Under the pieces are notes generated by a model. That model was not told the origin of the DNA and ran no database searches. It saw only the letters and a list, made by a program, of their open reading frames with translations. This document shows, piece by piece, positions 1 to 12,990 of a DNA stretch of 64,000 bases (the stretch's first letter is position 1; each line of letters begins with the position of its first letter). Made by a program: the position numbers and the translations under genes. Source of the DNA: Eledone cirrhosa (Eukaryota); NCBI GenBank assembly GCA_964016885.1, contig OZ024741.1, positions 41,044,001-41,108,000 of the forward strand, given 5' to 3'.

Positions 1-20
1 TGTACGTATACATACATACT

Positions 21-63
<43 letters not shown>

Positions 64-329
64 GAAGTAATTCCGTCGGAAAAGTCCAGGAAAAAAGAGT
101 GCTCTATGTAGGTAACAGAGCTTAATAGTTATGTAATAAACAACATAAGGTAATTATTCCATTTACCAGTGGTTTCTTAAAAGCAAAAAATTTTGCTTTC
201 AATCCTCAAAATGAAAAAAATCCTGGTCTGTTTATTGAATTTGGATTTCAAAAACAAAAATACAATCTATATGAAAGTGAGGCTGGAGAAAGACGAAGGA
301 AACGAAAAATAAAATAAAACCACACATGC

Positions 330-369
330 AAAAACACAAACACACGCACACACACACAAAAGCATACAT

Positions 370-425
<56 letters not shown>

Positions 426-588
426 ACACTCATACATACACACACACATATACACATATATATGTGTATATAAATACACATATACACATACATACATACC
501 CACATAAATATCAACACATCCATACATACACATATACAACCACACACACATATATACACACATATATATATATATAGAAATATAAATA

Positions 589-620
<32 letters not shown>

Positions 621-1364
621 CATATACATGCATACACATACATAGCCATACACACATACATTTACATACATACATACATGCACACAATCATACCTATATA
701 CACACGTACATACATACACATACATAAATGCGTACATATGCATGTACAAAATTAGAAAAATATACACACCTCTACATATTCACACACGCAAATAAATAAA
801 AGAAAAATATATATAAAAAATAAACTCTATTATATAGTTGACAGCGATACAGCGACGAGTAGATGAACAGACACGCGTAGTAAGCAATACACACAAATGC
901 ACGTACACATACGTACGAAAAGGTAAATACATACACACACTCTCACACATAAATATACATATACAAATACATAAACACATACATACACATACACAAATAC
1001 ATACACAAACACACACATATACACACACACACATATATATATATACACATACACACACACATACATACATAGCTATACAATTATACAAATACAAATACGT
1101 ACATATCACAAACACGCACAACCAAATACAAACACACACACACATACACATATATATATATATATATACACATATATATATGTGTGTGTGTAAAACTCAA
1201 TCTTAGATAATTCATGAGCCTTATATATACATATATATAGTAGTAATGTAATAAACAACATAAGGCAATTATTCCATTCATCAGTGGTTTCTTAAAAGCA
1301 AACAAATTTTGCCTTCAATCCTCAGAATGAAAAAAACCTGGTCTATCTACATATACATATATAT

Positions 1365-1461
<97 letters not shown>

Positions 1462-1470
1462 CATACATTC
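330..1470. repeat. (TA)n/(CA)n/(TACA)n low-complexity region with short embedded unique fragments
   Basis: Dinucleotide runs visible directly; they generate the spurious YIYI/VCVC ORFs. A ~105-bp fragment at ~130-232 recurs at ~1243-1345. Confidence 0.9.
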
Positions 1471-1691
1471 ACGTACAATTTGGTATGTGAAGGGTAAGGC
1501 AAAAAGAATATATTGGGGGGGGGGGGAGGCATAGGAACAGGTGAAATATAAGGGGAGATAAGGGAGAAGAAAATACAAGAGTACAGAACGTGGATTCATC
1601 AAATAAAAAAAAACTGTAGCAGAAGTAAAGAGCAGAAAAGGAGTTCAAGGCGGTTGATTTATCATAGGAGTGTCAATCCAGTTACAGATCA

Positions 1692-1830
1692 GTTATAATA
1701 AGCGCCGCTAAACTGATACGTGCATATATGTATGTGTACCTGTATGTACGTATACATGCATACTTACATTTAAGTAAGTGCCATACTAAGAGTGAGAAAT
1801 GAAATTTCGTTTTCATTTTGTTTCAATTTA
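1692..1830 (+). mobile_element. Fragment of the non-coding hammerhead-bearing repeat family at 32471-33727
   Basis: gctaaactgat.cgtgcatatatg...catactaagagtgagaaatgaaatttcgttttcatt matches 33547-33585 and 33215-33260. Confidence 0.8.
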
Positions 1831-1839
1831 TATATATAC

Positions 1840-1872
<33 letters not shown>

Positions 1873-1946
1873 TACACATATATATATGTATATATACATA
1901 TATATGTATATATACATATATATATATGTATATATACATATATATG

Positions 1947-1994
<48 letters not shown>

Positions 1995-2019
1995 TATGTA
2001 TATATATATGTATATATAC

Positions 2020-2076
<57 letters not shown>

Positions 2077-2117
2077 AATATATACATATATATATATATA
2101 TATATAAGTATATATAC

Positions 2118-2183
<66 letters not shown>

Positions 2184-2230
2184 GTATACATATATATATA
2201 TACATATATATATACATATATATATATATA
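1828..2230. repeat. Long (TA)n microsatellite
   Basis: Direct. Confidence 0.95.
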
Positions 2231-2447
2231 AAGGTTATCATATACATAAAGTTAAAGATATATATATGTTGCAACTGTTCACTTTTAAGCTCTATGAAGA
2301 ATTGATAAATTAAAATCAAAAATCAGAGCATTATATCATAAATCATGTCTTTAGAATCATCAGATATTAAAATATATACTATTTCTTCTTCTAATTAACA
2401 TAATTAACCATAAACAATAATATCTGATGATTCTTAAGACATGATTT

Positions 2448-2500
<53 letters not shown>

Positions 2501-2753
2501 CGGCGATGAATTAGTTTTGCGAGGTTTTTTATATGAAATCGTGTGTCGAAACAAATATTGTTATACTTGGGGAGGATCATATTTGTGTAATAATATTGCC
2601 AGAATTAATAACAGAACACACTCACTGTTTGGTTGGTTTTCGCTTCTGTGTCTTTTATATCGGTTAATTTAATTTATTCGGTCCTCAATGTTGCCATTGA
2701 CTGACCGGCGGCCAAAAATAATACAGATACAATATAGACACAAACACATATAT

Positions 2754-2807
2754 ATAGTTTATCATAAATCTTTCGTTGCACATCTGCAACATCATCAGTG
2801 GTGCTAT
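2754..2807 (-). ncRNA. Type I hammerhead ribozyme motif in PLE pLTR (imperfect stem I)
   Basis: Reverse complement reads AUAGCACCA-CUGAUGA-U-GUUGCA(GAUG)UGCAAC-GAAA-GAUU-UA-UGAUAAACUAU. Confidence 0.65.
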
Positions 2808-3049
2808 CGTTTCCTCCTTTTGTATTGTATGTCTACGCCATTTTTATTCAGTCTGTCTATATATTTAGTTATTTATTTGATTGTTTGTTTATTTTATTTT
2901 GTCTTCTTTGCGCATGCGTTTGCGTGTGTGTATAGTGTTTTGTTTGCTGTGTGATGGGTGACTAGTGTGTGTTTATGTGCTTGTTGTTATTGTGCTTGTG
3001 TATGTATTTATTTATACTTCTCTTAGGTCAGTGTTGTTTGTTTGGGTGT

Positions 3050-4605
3050 TGTTGTTATTCCATTCATTCTTTCTGTTTAGTCTTGGTCCTCTAATTTCTA
3101 TTTCACTCGCCTCTCTGCTGGGTCATTTCTATGTTTAGATATTATTCTAATTTCTATGTTGTCTATGTTACCGTCATGTTGTTGTCTAGCATGTTCGTAT
3201 AGTACTGACCCGTTTTTTCGTCCTTTATTTCCCCCAGTGTTGGTCTATCCTTTCACCTATGTATGTTGTTGTCATGTTTCTGCAAGTACCCTCTGTACAT
3301 CTTATGCTATAGACTACGTTTCTAGTTTTACAGTTTATCCGGGGGTTTACCTTACATATGATACATTTCCTATTGGTACAGTGGGTTTTCTTAAAAGGGT
3401 AGGTTTTGCTGATCAGGGATTTTATGGTGGTTCCTGGCTTTTCTACCACCTTAATTTTTAAGTGGGTCTTTCTACACTGGCTAGCTAATTTCCCTCCAGG
3501 GGTAGCATCCACAAACATGACACTCTGGTATCTCTGGTTGTCGTACCATGAGGTGGCTTTCCCTATCTTATGTCTAGCCCTATCTAAGCTATTCCATGAT
3601 TTGCTCCTGTATAATGGGCAAATTCCTTTCATGTCCAGTTCTATGAGGGTCTTATACTTCTCCATGGCTCCTTCGTATACTCTGACTCTGTCTCTTTGGT
3701 TGTAGCCAGAGAACTGCATGCGGTTGATGAAGTGTTGGATGTGTCTTTCCATTTCTGTTGGGTCGCACATGCGGGACACATTCTTCATCACTCGTACCAA
3801 ATCTGCGATCAGAATATTAAACTTAGCACTACTGGACATTGCTGAGTTTTTGAGTATCAGGTATTTGGAGGCCATGGGTTTAGCATAGTGTGAGTGGAGA
3901 ATTTGGGCTCTCTCGTCTATAGTGTTAATCCAGAGTTCTGTGTCTAATACAGGTAGTCTATTGTTAGGGTGTTTGGAAGGGAAGTCGATAGTTACAGTTA
4001 TACTCTGGTGTATGGAATTAGCTATCTGCTGGATGCTTTCCATCATGCTACGTTCTAAATCAAACTTGTTAGTGCTCTCTAGTGGGGGTGTTCTTATAAC
4101 TATATTGATATCGTCTACATAACGAGAGTACATGATGAGGTCTATGGAGCTCTCATTAAGGAGATCTTTAAGTCTCCTTTCCCACCATACCATGAAAAGG
4201 TTGGCAACATCACCAGCTATGCTGACGCCAATGGCTGCTCCCTCATTTTGGGTGTAGATCTTCTCGTTGAACTTAAATATGTGGCCCTTTAGGGTAGTTT
4301 TGATACTAGCCCCTATTGCATGTGCGACCATTTTTCTTTTTTTTTTATTACCTGATCATTGTTTTGGGGGGTCCGTATAGCTTTGGTCCACCCAATCCAC
4401 CTTCCCATGGGAGTCTTTTTTGCCATTGAGGTTATGGTGGGGGGTCTACCTCTTATAGGTCTACTAGGGCAGAAACGTCTAAGGTCATGGGTGTCTAGGT
4501 AGTCAGTGTCGTAGGTAAGTCTAAGTAGGAGGCCCAGTTCGTCTCTGTCGACGTCGCAGAACTCCACCTCACTCTCAATGATCATCTCCACACATCTTTT
4601 CACAG
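3050..4605 (-). pseudogene. PLE reverse transcriptase + GIY-YIG endonuclease, disrupted
   Basis: ORF 3225..4331 has YTQNEGAAIG, YSRYVDD, LPVLD, a Cys linker CTNRKCIIC, then NVVYSIRC...TYIGE. Frameshift in the T-run near 4330-4348 and near 3228. Confidence 0.9.
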
Positions 4606-5230
4606 CAATAGGAAATGTATCATATGTAAGGTAAACCCCCGGATAAACTGTAAAACTAGAAACGTAGTCTATAGCATAAGATGTACAGAGGGTACTTGCA
4701 GAAACATGACAACAACATACATAGGTGAAAGGATAGACCAACACTGGGGGGAACTAAAAGGACGAAAAAACGGGTCAGTACTATACGAACATGCTAGATA
4801 ACAACATGACGGTAACATAGACAACATAGAAATTAGAATAATATCTAAACATAGAAATGACCCAGCAGATAGGCAAATCAGAGAGGCGAGTGAAATAGAA
4901 ATTAGAAGACCAAGACTAAACAGAAAGAATGAATGGAATAACAACAACACCCAAACAAACAACACTGACCTAAGAGAAGTATAAATAAGTAAATAAAATA
5001 AAATAAATAAATAAATAAATAAATAAATAAATACATACACAAGCACAATAACAACAAGCACATAAACACACACTAGTCACCCATCACACAGCAGACAAAA
5101 CACTATACACACACGCAAACGCATGCGCAAAGAAGACAAAATAAAATAAACAAACAAGCAAATAAATAAATAAATATATAGACAGACTGAATAAAAATGG
5201 CGTAGACATACAATACAACAGGAGGAAACG

Positions 5231-5284
5231 ATAGCACCACTGACGATGTTGCAGATGTGCAACGAAAGATTTATGATAAACTAT
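5231..5284 (+). ncRNA. Type I hammerhead ribozyme motif, inverted pLTR copy
   Basis: CUGACGA-U-GUUGCA(GAUG)UGCAAC-GAAA-GAUU-UA. The core differs from the other copy only at the freely variable N7 position. Confidence 0.65.
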
Positions 5285-5477
5285 ATATATGTGTTTGTGT
5301 CTATATTGTATCTGTATTATTTTTGACCGTCGGTCAGTCAATGGCAACATTGAGGACCGAGTAAGTTAGATTACCGATATAAAAGACACAGAAGCGAGAA
5401 GCGAAAACCAACCAAACAGTGAGTGTGTTCTGTTATTAATTCTGGCAATATTACACAAATATGACCCTCCCAAAGTA

Positions 5478-5554
<77 letters not shown>

Positions 5555-5671
5555 ATAATAATAAATTTGCCAGCGAACGTTTCCACGAACCAAAGTATCG
5601 TCTTCCTGTCTTCCTCCGACTGCAACGTTTTTTGAAATATTCACTTCTGCGTTCACAGATTGACTTTGTTA

Positions 5672-5720
5672 GTTTCTGAAGATCCTGTTAAGGGTGAAAG
5701 CAGCAATTCTTTGCTTAAAC
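5672..5720 (+). ncRNA. Type I hammerhead ribozyme motif in a ~190-bp non-coding insert (5551-5745) between (TA)n tracts
   Basis: GUUU-CUGAAGA-UCCUGUUAAGGGU-GAAA-GCA(GCAAUUCUU)UGC-UU-AAAC; stem I GUUU/AAAC, stem III AGCA/UGCU. Confidence 0.65.
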
Positions 5721-5884
5721 CTTAATCTGTTATTTTAATAAATATATATATATATATATGTGTATATATACACACACACATATATATATATATATACACA
5801 CATATATATATATATATGTATATATACACACATATATATGTATATATACACACATATATGTATATATATATATATATTTATCAA

Positions 5885-6580
5885 TCATGCTCCCACATGT
5901 GGTGCAGTTAGTTGTTGGGCTGCCACACTAGATGCTTTAGTAGTCAGCCATCTCCTCTGGTCTCTATTCTCCATCATGTGTAGAAGGGTCTTGGTGTTGT
6001 GTCCAGTCTTTGATGTTGTCACACTAGGATCTCCTTTGTCTGCCTCATCTTTTTCGACAGTGTCCTTCGACTGTGCCCTAAAGGATGGTTTTGGACAAAG
6101 AGTTGTGGCGGGAAACACAACCATACCTGGCAACCTTCTGTCTTTTCACTATCGCAAGCAGTGATTTCTGTATGCAAGTATATTTGTTAACTTACTGCTT
6201 AACAAAGCTATTTGTTTCGTGCTATATGTAAGGGATGGATTGGAAATTTCTGAAGCATTTTTGCTTGAATGACTCGATTCTTCATTCCAAGTTAGCTGTG
6301 AGAGTTCAACTTTCACACCTATACAAAAGGATTGAAGACACCAAGGACTTGTATAGCTTCAGTTTTGTTGGAAAATTGATGGAATTGTTTTTCCATATGA
6401 CAGCTTTACCATGCCAGAAGGGACCAAGGTGAGTCTTGCCAGTATCTCCTTTTGAGATCTGCCATCTTTGGTCTAGGTGTATTCTAGGTATTTGAAAGTG
6501 TCCACTTCTTCAAGTCTTCCTCCATTCAGCACGATTTTGGTTGCTATATTCTGATTATTACTATTAACTAGAATCTTAAA
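5885..6580 (-). mobile_element. Degenerate RTE-clade LINE 3' fragment
   Basis: Manual translation gives [47 protein letters not shown], with stops and frameshifts. Confidence 0.8.
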
Positions 6581-6620
6581 GTATATGAGGGGTTATACAG
6601 TGAGAACAGCTCTCTCTCCT

Positions 6621-6651
<31 letters not shown>

Positions 6652-6687
6652 CTTCCTGTCTGTCTCTCTATCTATCTATCTAACTAA

Positions 6688-6740
<53 letters not shown>

Positions 6741-6812
6741 ATGCTAGCATGGAAAATGGATATTAAATGATGATATATATACATATATATATCTTCTATC
6801 TATCTACACACT

Positions 6813-6847
<35 letters not shown>

Positions 6848-7314
6848 GTTTCTTGGTCCAACACAAACTTCAACATACTCTCCTCCATTCGGCAGCAGCA
6901 AGTCATACATATTTTGGTTACTGGCCAAACTTAGTTTGTCCGTGGCATTCCCAGCCAGGCATTTCCATTCCAATTTATTGTTAACGCTAATCTTGATGAA
7001 TCCAATAAATCTCTTTTCGTCTTTCCTCTCCACTAAACACTTCCATTACCCAGCCAGAGTTCTCTCTTTATGGGATACCAAGAACTAAAACTCTCAGAAT
7101 TTTGACAAATCCAGAAAACCTGATAAAATTCTCACTGCTCAATAAGTAGCACATATATATAAACTGTGCTTTTAATATGATTATTTCATTTGGTTGCTTT
7201 AGGTAACCTACACATGCACGCATACATACATATACATACATACAAAGAGATGCACCCATATACCTAGACATTCACACACTCACATATATATGTATGTATA
7301 TATGTATGTTGCTG

Positions 7315-7800
7315 TTCACTCCTTGGAGTTGAAGACAACGATAACTTCAATGTCATGTGGTGGATGTTTAGCTGTGGGTCTGGAGGTGATGGGTGAAACC
7401 ATCCTAGGCCTGGAATCTATACCCACATGAGGGGCACATGTGGAGGAGTGTTGCAGTGGAAGTGGATGTACCATGCATTGAGCCTCTGTGATAAGCCTGA
7501 CTCCCTGAAAGATTTTGCTTAGACAAGATGGGTAATCTAAGGCAAGCAATTCCCAGCTATTGGGTTTTATGTTAAGGTTTTTCAGGGGCACTTTTAAATT
7601 GTCTTTGAAATGTTTCTTCTGTCCACTGAATGACTGCTTGGCCTGGAACAGCCCTCCATACAGTAGCTGTTCCAATAGTCACCTGTCAAACCTCCTGATA
7701 ACCTGACCTGTCTATCTGACTTGGATCTTCTGTAGTAGGGTGTGGATACTATGGATGCAGACCTGTTTCAGAACCTCAGGAAACAGAAATGTGACAATCC
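7315..7800 (-). mobile_element. Degenerate RTE-clade LINE 3' fragment (different family)
   Basis: QLLYGGLFQAKQSFSGQKKHFKDNLK...WELLALD is the typical RTE C-terminal motif. Confidence 0.8.
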
Positions 7801-8143
7801 AGTTAAATGGGACCTAAACACTGCTGTAAATTTCTGTTTTAACACTTTGAGAGTTGGTGCCATTTTTCTTTTGTATTTTACATGCTGATGTTTTCATTAT
7901 CTTTCTTTTTTAATTATTAAAAGTAAAAAAAAAGATATATTTATACAAATATATCTTTGGAACACAAGCAATTAAAGGTAAAAGAAGTACCAGTATGGTT
8001 TTGGTAGTCAACAAATTAATAATGACATGCTTTGTGATGAAAACAATGTTACATTAGACATCATCTCTCACTCAGAGAAACACCAATAAACTGCTGACAC
8101 ACAAAAATAGATTAAAATGGAAAATAAAGAAAACATGACTCAC

Positions 8144-8290
8144 CAATTCGGATAAGAAAGTTGTACATTATACTTCTTCAAATGAACGGCATTCATTCCT
8201 GGGACTTCAAATTTCCAGATTGATCGAACATATAGGATTAGTCTGTTTGTGCCACCAACCCCAGACAGGAAGATCTTGCTGGTAATATCC
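8144..8290 (-). CDS. Candidate 147-nt internal exon of an unidentified gene
   Basis: Pyrimidine-rich ...tttttcag acceptor, gtgagt donor, length divisible by 3, open frame DITSKIFLSGVGGTNRLILYVRSIWKFEVPGMNAVHLKKYNVQLSYPN. Confidence 0.45.
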
Positions 8291-8698
8291 CTGAAAAAGG
8301 GAAATAGAAATACACAAATATAAATAAATGTACATGTGTGTGTGTGTGTGTGTATTAAGTAAAAAACATGAAAAAAACAAAACTGTACCAGAACGAGACA
8401 TTATAATAATAGTATATTAGTTTAAATCTTAAAAAAAGTAATAAAAGTGTCTTGACGGTTTGGGCACTGGTCCTTCATTGAAAAAGACACACAAAGAAAA
8501 GAAGATAATTTAGAAAAGAAAAAAAGTTTGTTGGTCACTTGTTAACCAACTAAGAAAAAAAAAGCAATGTGTGAGTATGTATATATAAGATTTTTCCCCA
8601 TTGCTGTCATTGATAGTATTTGACTGTTCTAGAGATGAGTTTTCTAATTTTTATATGAATTCATATATACTCTCGCTTCATCTCGATCAGAGACAACA

Positions 8699-8744
<46 letters not shown>

Positions 8745-8900
8745 AAAAGAAAAAAACGCATTGGATATGTGATGTGTATGGAAGATAGCTGCAGAGAAAT
8801 CCCAGTGGCTGGAACCTGTGAAAAGGCAGTCCCAGAAAGACTTGGGACAAGGTAGTGAAGAACGACCATAAGGAACTGAACCTCACAACTAAGATGATAA
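8745..8900 (+). mobile_element. Old RTE 3' fragment
   Basis: ggatatgtgatgtgtatggaagat...ccagaaagacttgggacaaggtagtgaagaacgac resembles the RTE ends at 40480-40630. Confidence 0.6.
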
Positions 8901-9373
8901 ATAATATTGATTATATTGCCTGGTGATCACTCAAAGGTAAATCACTTGTGAAAAGAACCAGTCAGAGTATTCACATAGCAGTTAATATCACAGAGACAAA
9001 TGTATCCAAGACCATGTGTAGATATACAGATATAAAAGGTATAAGAAAAGTGAGATGGATAGCAATGAACTTACATGAAGATGGTAGATAAAACCTATAC
9101 AGATTAGTTTCAAACAAATGATGCAGATTACCATAATTAGATAAAATGCATCAAGATGTTTGGCTTTCCTCAGTAGGCATTATTATCCACACATAGCTCC
9201 AGCCATCAGCCATGCAGTCAAATCACAAACTGAGAAAGCACATGCATTATATCAACTAAGCAGAAAGATACAGGCAGGCCAACAGGAATGCTAAAAATAT
9301 CTCTTTATTAGGCCCATAAGTCAGCTCAACTAAAATTATAAAATTCACCTGCATGTGTATACACACATGCACA

Positions 9374-9442
<69 letters not shown>

Positions 9443-10139
9443 TGAAATACAATAAAAATAGTATAAATTTATTTCACCAAGTTTATATTTATATTTATTT
9501 CATTATATGAATATTTTTAAAGACTTAAAATAATAGCTACTTGCTGTAGTCTTATTTAGTGCAAATTGCTTGCAGTTCAAAGAGAAATTTTCATTCTCAA
9601 AATCTGTACAAAGTTATTTTGGCACATGAGTAGATTTTCTTTTTGGTAATAATACTCTCTTATATATTTTTAAAATTCTTTTGCCAGCAAACTTAATGTA
9701 ATTTTGCTTCATCTCTTCTAGCCTCATGAGGATGGAAAGCTTTTGAGCAAAGATAAGCCTAAAACTAGTAAGACGAGAGAGTGTGATTTAATTACATTGG
9801 GTTGGCAATTCAGAACTGTATTATGTAAGGGTTTTCAATGAGAAAAAGTCAGCCATGCAGACATGAGAAGGATAATGAGGACTGCATAAAAAAAGTGCTG
9901 GAAAATGAAATGTTGGTAAATGATAGCTGATGCAAATAGGAAACGTAAAAGAAAAGAAAAAACAAATAAATTCAGGATTGGTTAGATTAAATTGAATGAA
10001 TTATGAAAAAGTTTATTATAGGCATAGTGTATGGCTGAATGGTTAAGGAGTTTACTTTTCATCCACATGGTCTTGACTTCACTCTCAGTGTGTAATATCT
10101 TAGGCAAGTATCTTCTACTATACTGTGTGTGTCTGTGTG

Positions 10140-10250
10140 TATATCATGACTCATATACTGCTCATTTTCCTGACATTTGTACATTATTCTATGTACTATA
10201 CATGCACCTTTGATGAGCTGTAGAGCACCTGAGCACTGTACACAATAATT
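10140..10250 (+). mobile_element. CR1-type LINE 3' tail fragment
   Basis: Reverse complement of 49447-49558, which continues into a CR1 C-terminal coding motif. Confidence 0.7.
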
Positions 10251-11700
10251 TTTTGCTGTTCCCAGCAAGCATGCCTTTTGAAGTGTTCCAAAAAGCGGGG
10301 CCGGGCTAATCTTCTTTAACCATCCTTGGAAACTCTTTGAGATAGTACCTAGTGCGCCTATGACAATCTGGATGACCTTGATTTCATGGCAGTTCCAAAT
10401 CCTTTTTAACTCCCACTTTAAATCCTGGTATCGGTTAATTTTCTCCCTCTCCTTTTCTTGCACTCTCATGTAAAATGGGCAGGCTTCATCTACAATCAAG
10501 CACAATCTTTTTTCCTTGTCCAAAACCACCAGGTCAGGTCTATTGTGTTCTAATTTCTTGTTCGTCTGAATCCTAAAATCCCATAGCACCTTCACCTGAT
10601 CGTTTTCTATCACCGACTCTGACTTATGCTCATACCACTTCTCAGAATGTGGGAAATTGTTTACTTTACATAGATGCCAGTGGATCACCCTGCCTATCAC
10701 ATCATGTCTCCAGCCTTTATAGTGAGTCTGGGATAGGTGTTTACACTCGGATACAATGTGAGCCACAGTCTCCTCTCTCTCTCCACAGATCCTACACAGT
10801 GAGCTAGCCTCCTCCTTGTCAATATGGTTTTTCACCCACTTCGTTTTGAGGGCCTGCTCTTGCACAGCCATTAGCATCCCTTCTGTAGCTTTTTTAAGGT
10901 CTGCTCTTTTTAACCAGTTCCATGTCTGTGGATCTCTAAATTCCATTTTCTCAAAGAAGGTGCTATGAAGGGATTTTTCATGAAGGTTGCTCTTCCTCCA
11001 AAGTTGTTATTTCCTCCTTGGACATCCCCTGGTCTATTGTCTTCTCCTTCAGTACAATTTTGAGCCTTGACTCCCTACTGTCAGTCACGTATTTGTGTAG
11101 GTTGTTTTTCTCCATCTGAACACAGTCCTCTATGTTGATAAGACCTCTTCCACCTTCAGATCTCCTTAAGTAGAGTATATCAACATCACTCTTGTGGAAC
11201 ATGTTGTAGATAGTTAATAGCTTCCTAGTCTTCCTATCCATTTCTTTTTGTTCAGCAACATTCCATTTCAGAATTCCCGCACTGTACCTAATAATAGACA
11301 CAGCTTGGGAATTTACTGCACTTATGAGATTCCTACTATTTAGATGTGATATTAATACGCTCCTTACTCTCCTAATGTACTCAGATCTTATCAATTCCTT
11401 CATTATTTTTTATCTTGATGTCATCTGCCTCCAGAACACCTAAATATTTGTATCCTTCTTCAGTGTCAATTTCCTTCATCATCTCATCTGTTGGTACCTG
11501 GATTCTGTTGCTTCTGCTCAATTTACCCCTCTTCATCACTAGGACTCCACACTTATTAATACCAAATTCCATACATATATCATTGCTGAAAATATGGACA
11601 GTATCAACAAGTACATCCAACTCCTTCTCACTCTTCCCAAAGAGTTTAAGATCGTCCATGAAGAGGAGGTAGCTGATGGTAAGCTCTCCTTTTCCCAATT
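10250..11700 (-). mobile_element. R4/Dong-like non-LTR retrotransposon (RT C-terminus, CCHC knuckle, restriction-like endonuclease), 5'-truncated and frameshifted
   Basis: LLFMDDLKL, YKYLGV, CRICGEREETVAHIVSEC, RHD, NRPDLVVLDK, KINRY, IGALG across three ORFs. Abuts a (TAA)n-like tract at ~11700. Confidence 0.9.
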
Positions 11701-11828
11701 ATTATTATTTTCATTATTATAATTATTATTATTATAGCCTTGTGCTGACCAATATCTTACAAGTGAAATTTGGCAGATGGGAAATTTAGAAACCCATCAT
11801 GTGTCTGCATGCATACATATGTGTGAGG

Positions 11829-11874
<46 letters not shown>

Positions 11875-12175
11875 ATCTGTGTGTTTGTGTTTATGTCCTG
11901 TCACCAAGCAGTTCAACAACAAGAGATTGACAAAATATGTACCAAATTTGAAAAAAAGGGATGGAGTAATGGGGTAGATATGATCAGATAAAATCCCTTT
12001 AAGGGGATGCTCCAGTATGGCCAAAGTATGATTACTAAAACCAACAAGAGAATAAATCAGTAAGAGAGTGTTGTGAAATGTTAGTTGAGGAGAATATGAG
12101 GTGAAGGAGGAGGAGGAGACTGGGATTGGTCTGATTACATTCAATGAATTAAAATAGTGGGTATGTGAATAATAG

Positions 12176-12750
12176 ATGGTGATGGTAATGATAATTATGA
12201 TGGTGGTGGTGGTGATGGTGGTAATGATGATGATGATGGTGGTAGTGATGGTGGTAGTGATGGTGGTGGTGGTGGTGGTGGTGATGATGATGGTGGTAGT
12301 GGTGATGATGATGGTAGTAGTGGTGATGGTGGTAGTGGTGATGATGATGGTGGTAGTGGTGATGATGATGATAGTAGTGGTGATGGTGGTAGTGGTGATG
12401 ATGGTGGTGGTAGTGGTGATGATGATGGTAGTAGTGGTGATGGTGGTAGTGGTGATGATGGTGGTAGTGGTGATGATGGTGGTAGTGGTGATGATGATGG
12501 TAGTAGTGGTGATGGTGGTAGTGGTGATGATGGTGGTAGTGGTGATGGTGGTAGTGGTGATGGTGGTAGTGGTGATGATGGTGGTAGTGGTGATGATGAT
12601 GGTCGTAGTGGTGATGGTGGTAGTGGTGATGGTGGTAGTGGTGATGATGGTGGTAGTGGTGATGGTGGTAGTGGTGATGGTGGTAGTGGTGATGATGGTG
12701 GTAGTGGTGATGATGGTGGTAGTGGTGATGATGGTGGTAGTGGTGATGAT
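12176..12750. repeat. Compound (GTG/ATG/GTA)n trinucleotide repeat
   Basis: Direct. Confidence 0.95.
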
Positions 12751-12807
12751 AAGTCTATATATATTTCAAGAAATACAGACATGGAGAACATTTACACAAA
12801 TAGTGAA

Positions 12808-12990
12808 TTGGCAGTATCGGTAGAGGGTCAGACACCATGCTTTGACGCATAGAGTTACAGCCCTTGCCTTCTGAGTTCAAATCCCGCCGAGGTTAACTTT
12901 GCCTTTCATCCTTACGGGGGTCGATAAAATAAAGTACCAGTAATGTACTGCGTAATTGCTGGCCTTGTGCCAAAAGTAGAAACAATTATT
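12808..12990 (+). mobile_element. tRNA-derived SINE with Meta-domain-like body
   Basis: ggcagtatcggtagag (A box), gagttcaaatccc (B box), actttgcctttcatcctt.cggggtcgataaaataaagtaccag, (ATT) tail. At least 12 copies in the window. Confidence 0.85.

Larger units (their letters stand above)
2500..5481 (-). mobile_element. Penelope-like retroelement (Neptune-like), 5'-truncated, with an inverted copy of its 3' end/pseudo-LTR
   Basis: Minus-strand RT plus GIY-YIG coding sequence from 4605 downward. 4606-5481 is the reverse complement of ~2560-3375. (TA)n on both sides. An inverted pLTR at the truncation point is typical of PLE insertions. Confidence 0.92.
10020..12065 (+). mobile_element. tRNA-derived SINE split by nested insertions (head 10020-10122, remainder 11735-12065)
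   Basis: A-box-like tggctgaatggttaag...ggcaagtatcttctactata resumes as atagccttgtgctgaccaa...gaaatttggcagatgg. Uninterrupted relatives lie at 26268, 26645 and 27125. Confidence 0.65.

Noticed and set aside
248-2319. Many ORFs of YIYI/VCVC/THTH composition (also throughout the window)
   Set aside because: Translation artefacts of stop-free dinucleotide microsatellites.
2338-2450. 30-bp inverted repeat containing ctgatga
   Set aside because: No downstream GAAA; only a small foldback next to (TA)n.
12176-12823. 215-aa Val/Met ORF and antisense Pro/Ser ORF
   Set aside because: Pure trinucleotide repeat with no splice or domain support.
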